The notes beneath the pieces were generated by a model. The model was not told where the DNA came from. It did no database searches and saw only the letters and a program-made list of their open reading frames with translations. 64,000 bases of DNA, taken from assembly GCA_964016885.1 (NCBI GenBank), contig OZ024742.1, forward strand, positions 367,846,001-367,910,000, read 5' to 3'. Positions within the stretch are counted from its first letter, which is position 1, and every line of letters begins with the position of its first letter. Below, in pieces: positions 61,217 through 64,000 of the stretch. This stretch comes from Eledone cirrhosa. Taxonomy: Eukaryota. The translations under genes and the position numbers were made by a program.

Positions 61217-64000
61217 TGATTTCTTTATTGGCCACAAGGGCTGACATCAAGAAAAAACATTACAAACGGCACAGGACGGTACGATGTGGGTTTTGTGCGT
61301 GTAAATATTTTTATTATTTATATAAGAAAAGAAAAAAAGACATATAAACATATATATATATATAAACAATAAAAATGAAAATTGAAACAATGAAAAATTC
61401 CCCTATAGGAGGGAAACCTCCGAGGGTTACTCGTGGCGAAAACCACACAAAAAGCCACGGCCACCCTGACCACCAGGGCGAGCGCCCTCTCTCAAATTTT
61501 CCATTTCTCAAACTACAGATGTATTTTCAGAGCGGTACCCTTCACTCGGACCATTCACGCTACATTCACCCACCTTTCAACAAACTTGCTAGAAAGCAGC
61601 ACTTGCCTCTCCACCCTGATTTTCATCTTCACGTGAAACTTGAAAAAGTTAATTAGAGATTCGCCGAAGAGGAAAGTGTCTGTCTTTAACCCTTTCAACC
61701 TTGTCCACTACACAATCTCTTTCGCCATGGCCACCAGGCAGATGAAAACCGCCTGCCCTTCCTCCTCGAAGGAAGAGGGCGAGACCATCTGCACAATGGA
61801 CTCAGTCGATAACCGGATCAGTGCTACACGCGACAGCAACTGTTCGACATAGCTCTACAAGTCAGCAATGCTCGGGCACTGAACGAGTGCGTGCACGACG
61901 GTTTCGTCGCCCTGCGCGCATCTCGGACAGGCTCGGCTGACGGCACTTCCGTGCCTGTAGAGTTTATCTCGAACCGGCAGTGCTCCCCGGTAGCACTGCC
62001 AGGCCAGGGATTTTTGGAAGTTATCCATAGGCCCTGGGCTGAAAGTTCTCCGGAAGAGAGCAAACAGCTGATCTTCGACGCCTAGGATCTCTCCGAGAAC
62101 GTCGTCGATCTTCGACTCCACTCGTCCTCTATAGAACGCCGAGGTGGATGTTCCACCGATACTGGTGCCCAGCTGACAGAGGGCAATGAGCGCCTGGAGA
62201 CATTCCAGTTTCCAAGCACTATCCCTCGGTCTTTTCCTGACCCAGGACTGCAGCTCCGTCAAGGAGACGATCTGTGGGAAAACGTGCCTGGCGAACGGCG
62301 ACCACAGCTATTCACCGTAAAAGAAGCATCAGAGATGTCGCAGGCTCAGCGCATGTTTGCGCATCATCAGCCATGGCATGTCCAGTCCTCCACGCAACGG
62401 GTGTTGACAGCAGATAGATCGTCTGACCACGGGAGCGCGTCCCTTCCACAAAACACGGAAGAGAAGGCGCTCCATTTTGGTGAGAGTTGGGACGGGGCAA
62501 GAGACGACGGTGAGGCGGTAGCAGATGACGGATGCGATGTACGCATTCGCCACCTCCGCGCGGCCTTTCAGGGACAGATTCCCCTCGGCCCATTTCTGGG
62601 GGAGGGAGGCCACCCTGCTCGTCACCTCGCTCCAGTTTTTCTCCATCTGGAGGTCCGGTCCAAACCAGACCCCGAGAAATTTAACCAGTCCGTCCGTCCA
62701 ACGCCCCACGACTCTGTCGGACGGCATGGACTTGCCTCTCCAGGTGCCGAGCTTCAAGCCCACCGACTTTTCCTGGATTATCTTTGCTCCTGTCACCGCT
62801 TCGTATTCCTTGAGAGCGGTGCCGAGCATCTGGACGTGTCTTGTGCTCGACACCAGCACGGTAACGTCGTCGACGTAAGCCGACTCGGATTTCCCGAATC
62901 CTAGTTCGCGTGGGACGCCCTCATCGCCCCCAGTTTGTGCAGTAACGGCTCGAGAGACAATACGTACAAGAGAGACGAGAGGGGACAACCCTGGCGGACC
63001 GAGCACATGATGCTGAACGGCTGCGACAGGTGACGGTTCGCCCTCACAACTGAGCAGATGTCGCTGTACATCGCAGCGATCCAACCCCTGAAAACGGGCC
63101 CGAAACCGGCTGCCTCGAGAACGGTCGCTAAGCATCGATTGTCGACCCTATCGAATGCTTTGGATTGATCCAAGTTGATCAGGGACCCACTTGTGCCAGG
63201 TTGCTTAACCGCCCTCTCTACGATGTATCGCATGATGTGGAGGTTGTCGTGTATGGATCTGTCCGGAATGGCGGATGCGCTCCTCCCACCAGACCCCCGA
63301 CGACATGCGCCAACCTCGTTGCTAACACCTTGGCCAAAATCTTGAACTCTGCGTTTAGCAGCGTTATGAGCTTGAAGTTATCGATAAATCCCCCTTGTTC
63401 GGGTCTTTTCTCAGCAGCGCCACCGCTCTCCGGTTCACAAAACTGGTAATGCTCCCGTTCTGTTGCCAGTTGCAGTAGACGTCTGTCAAGAGGTCACCGA
63501 ACAAGTCTGGCATAAATGCATAAAGTTCGTAGGGCAGACCATCCAAACGTGGCGATTTACCCCTCGTGCAGTTAGCCATCGCTTCCCGTATTTCACCGGC
63601 TGTTATTGGCTTTTCGCAACACTGCGCTGCGGTCGTCGAGAGCCGAAGCAGTCCGTCGAGGTATACACTGACCTCCATACCCCGATCCGGCCCGCCGCTG
63701 CTCCCTAACAGTTCAGCAAAGTGCTGCTGAAAAGCCTCACACATCTGCTCGGGTTCGAGCAACACGCGCCCGTTTTATTCAGATAAAGACCCAATTGTGG
63801 CTTTGTTGCCACGTCGCGCCTCTGCCACGCCGGCCCATTGGACGGCTTTTGTCCCCTCGTGTTTCAGAGAACGTGCTCTAGCTCTGACAACGCAGCCTTC
63901 GTGTTTTGCGTTTGATGAATTGGTCGAGTGCCAATCTCGCCGCAAGCACGTCGGTTGCGATGCCTGTCCTAAACGCCCCTTCTAGCTTTCTGACTAGCTC
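61217..64000 (-). mobile_element. Second Tx1/L1-clade LINE (frameshifted; continues past right edge)
   Basis: GKSPRLDGLPYELY, LINLDQSKAFDRV, SVRQGCPLS, SAYVDDVT, LSLKGRAEVAN, WQCYRGALPVRDKL..CPRC..ETVVHALVQC; 3' end CCCTTGTGGCCAATAAAGAAATC followed by (ATT)n. Confidence 0.93.

Overview
Gene-free, repeat-dominated eukaryotic window. The SINE type, the LINE mix and the (TA)n load suggest an octopod cephalopod, but this is inference. About 70% of the window is two tandem satellites: a 78-bp array (1-8477, open at the left edge) and a 61-bp array (14258-50249, about 590 units, with a 5.5-kb internal inversion). Each array is still joined to the non-repeated sequence it grew from. The 61-mer is the C-terminal 'WNKLPASVV...FK' coding segment of a CR1-type LINE ORF2. 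The 78-mer is the last codons, stop and 3' flank of a terminal C2H2 zinc finger (RTE-like LINE end, or a ZNF last exon). A Tx1-type LINE between the arrays carries a 3-copy 27-bp repeat near its own ORF2 C-terminus. Right of the big array (50.6-54.8 kb) is a (TA)n-rich zone of palindromes and inverted repeats containing several Penelope-type minimal hammerhead-ribozyme motifs, plus a hammerhead-shaped fold lacking the catalytic box. The rest is tRNA-type SINEs, microsatellites and decayed LINE (Tx1, R4/Dong, CR1/Jockey-group) and DNA-transposase fragments. No intact host gene was found; nearly all listed ORFs are repeat artefacts. Family names come from motif recognition, not database searches.
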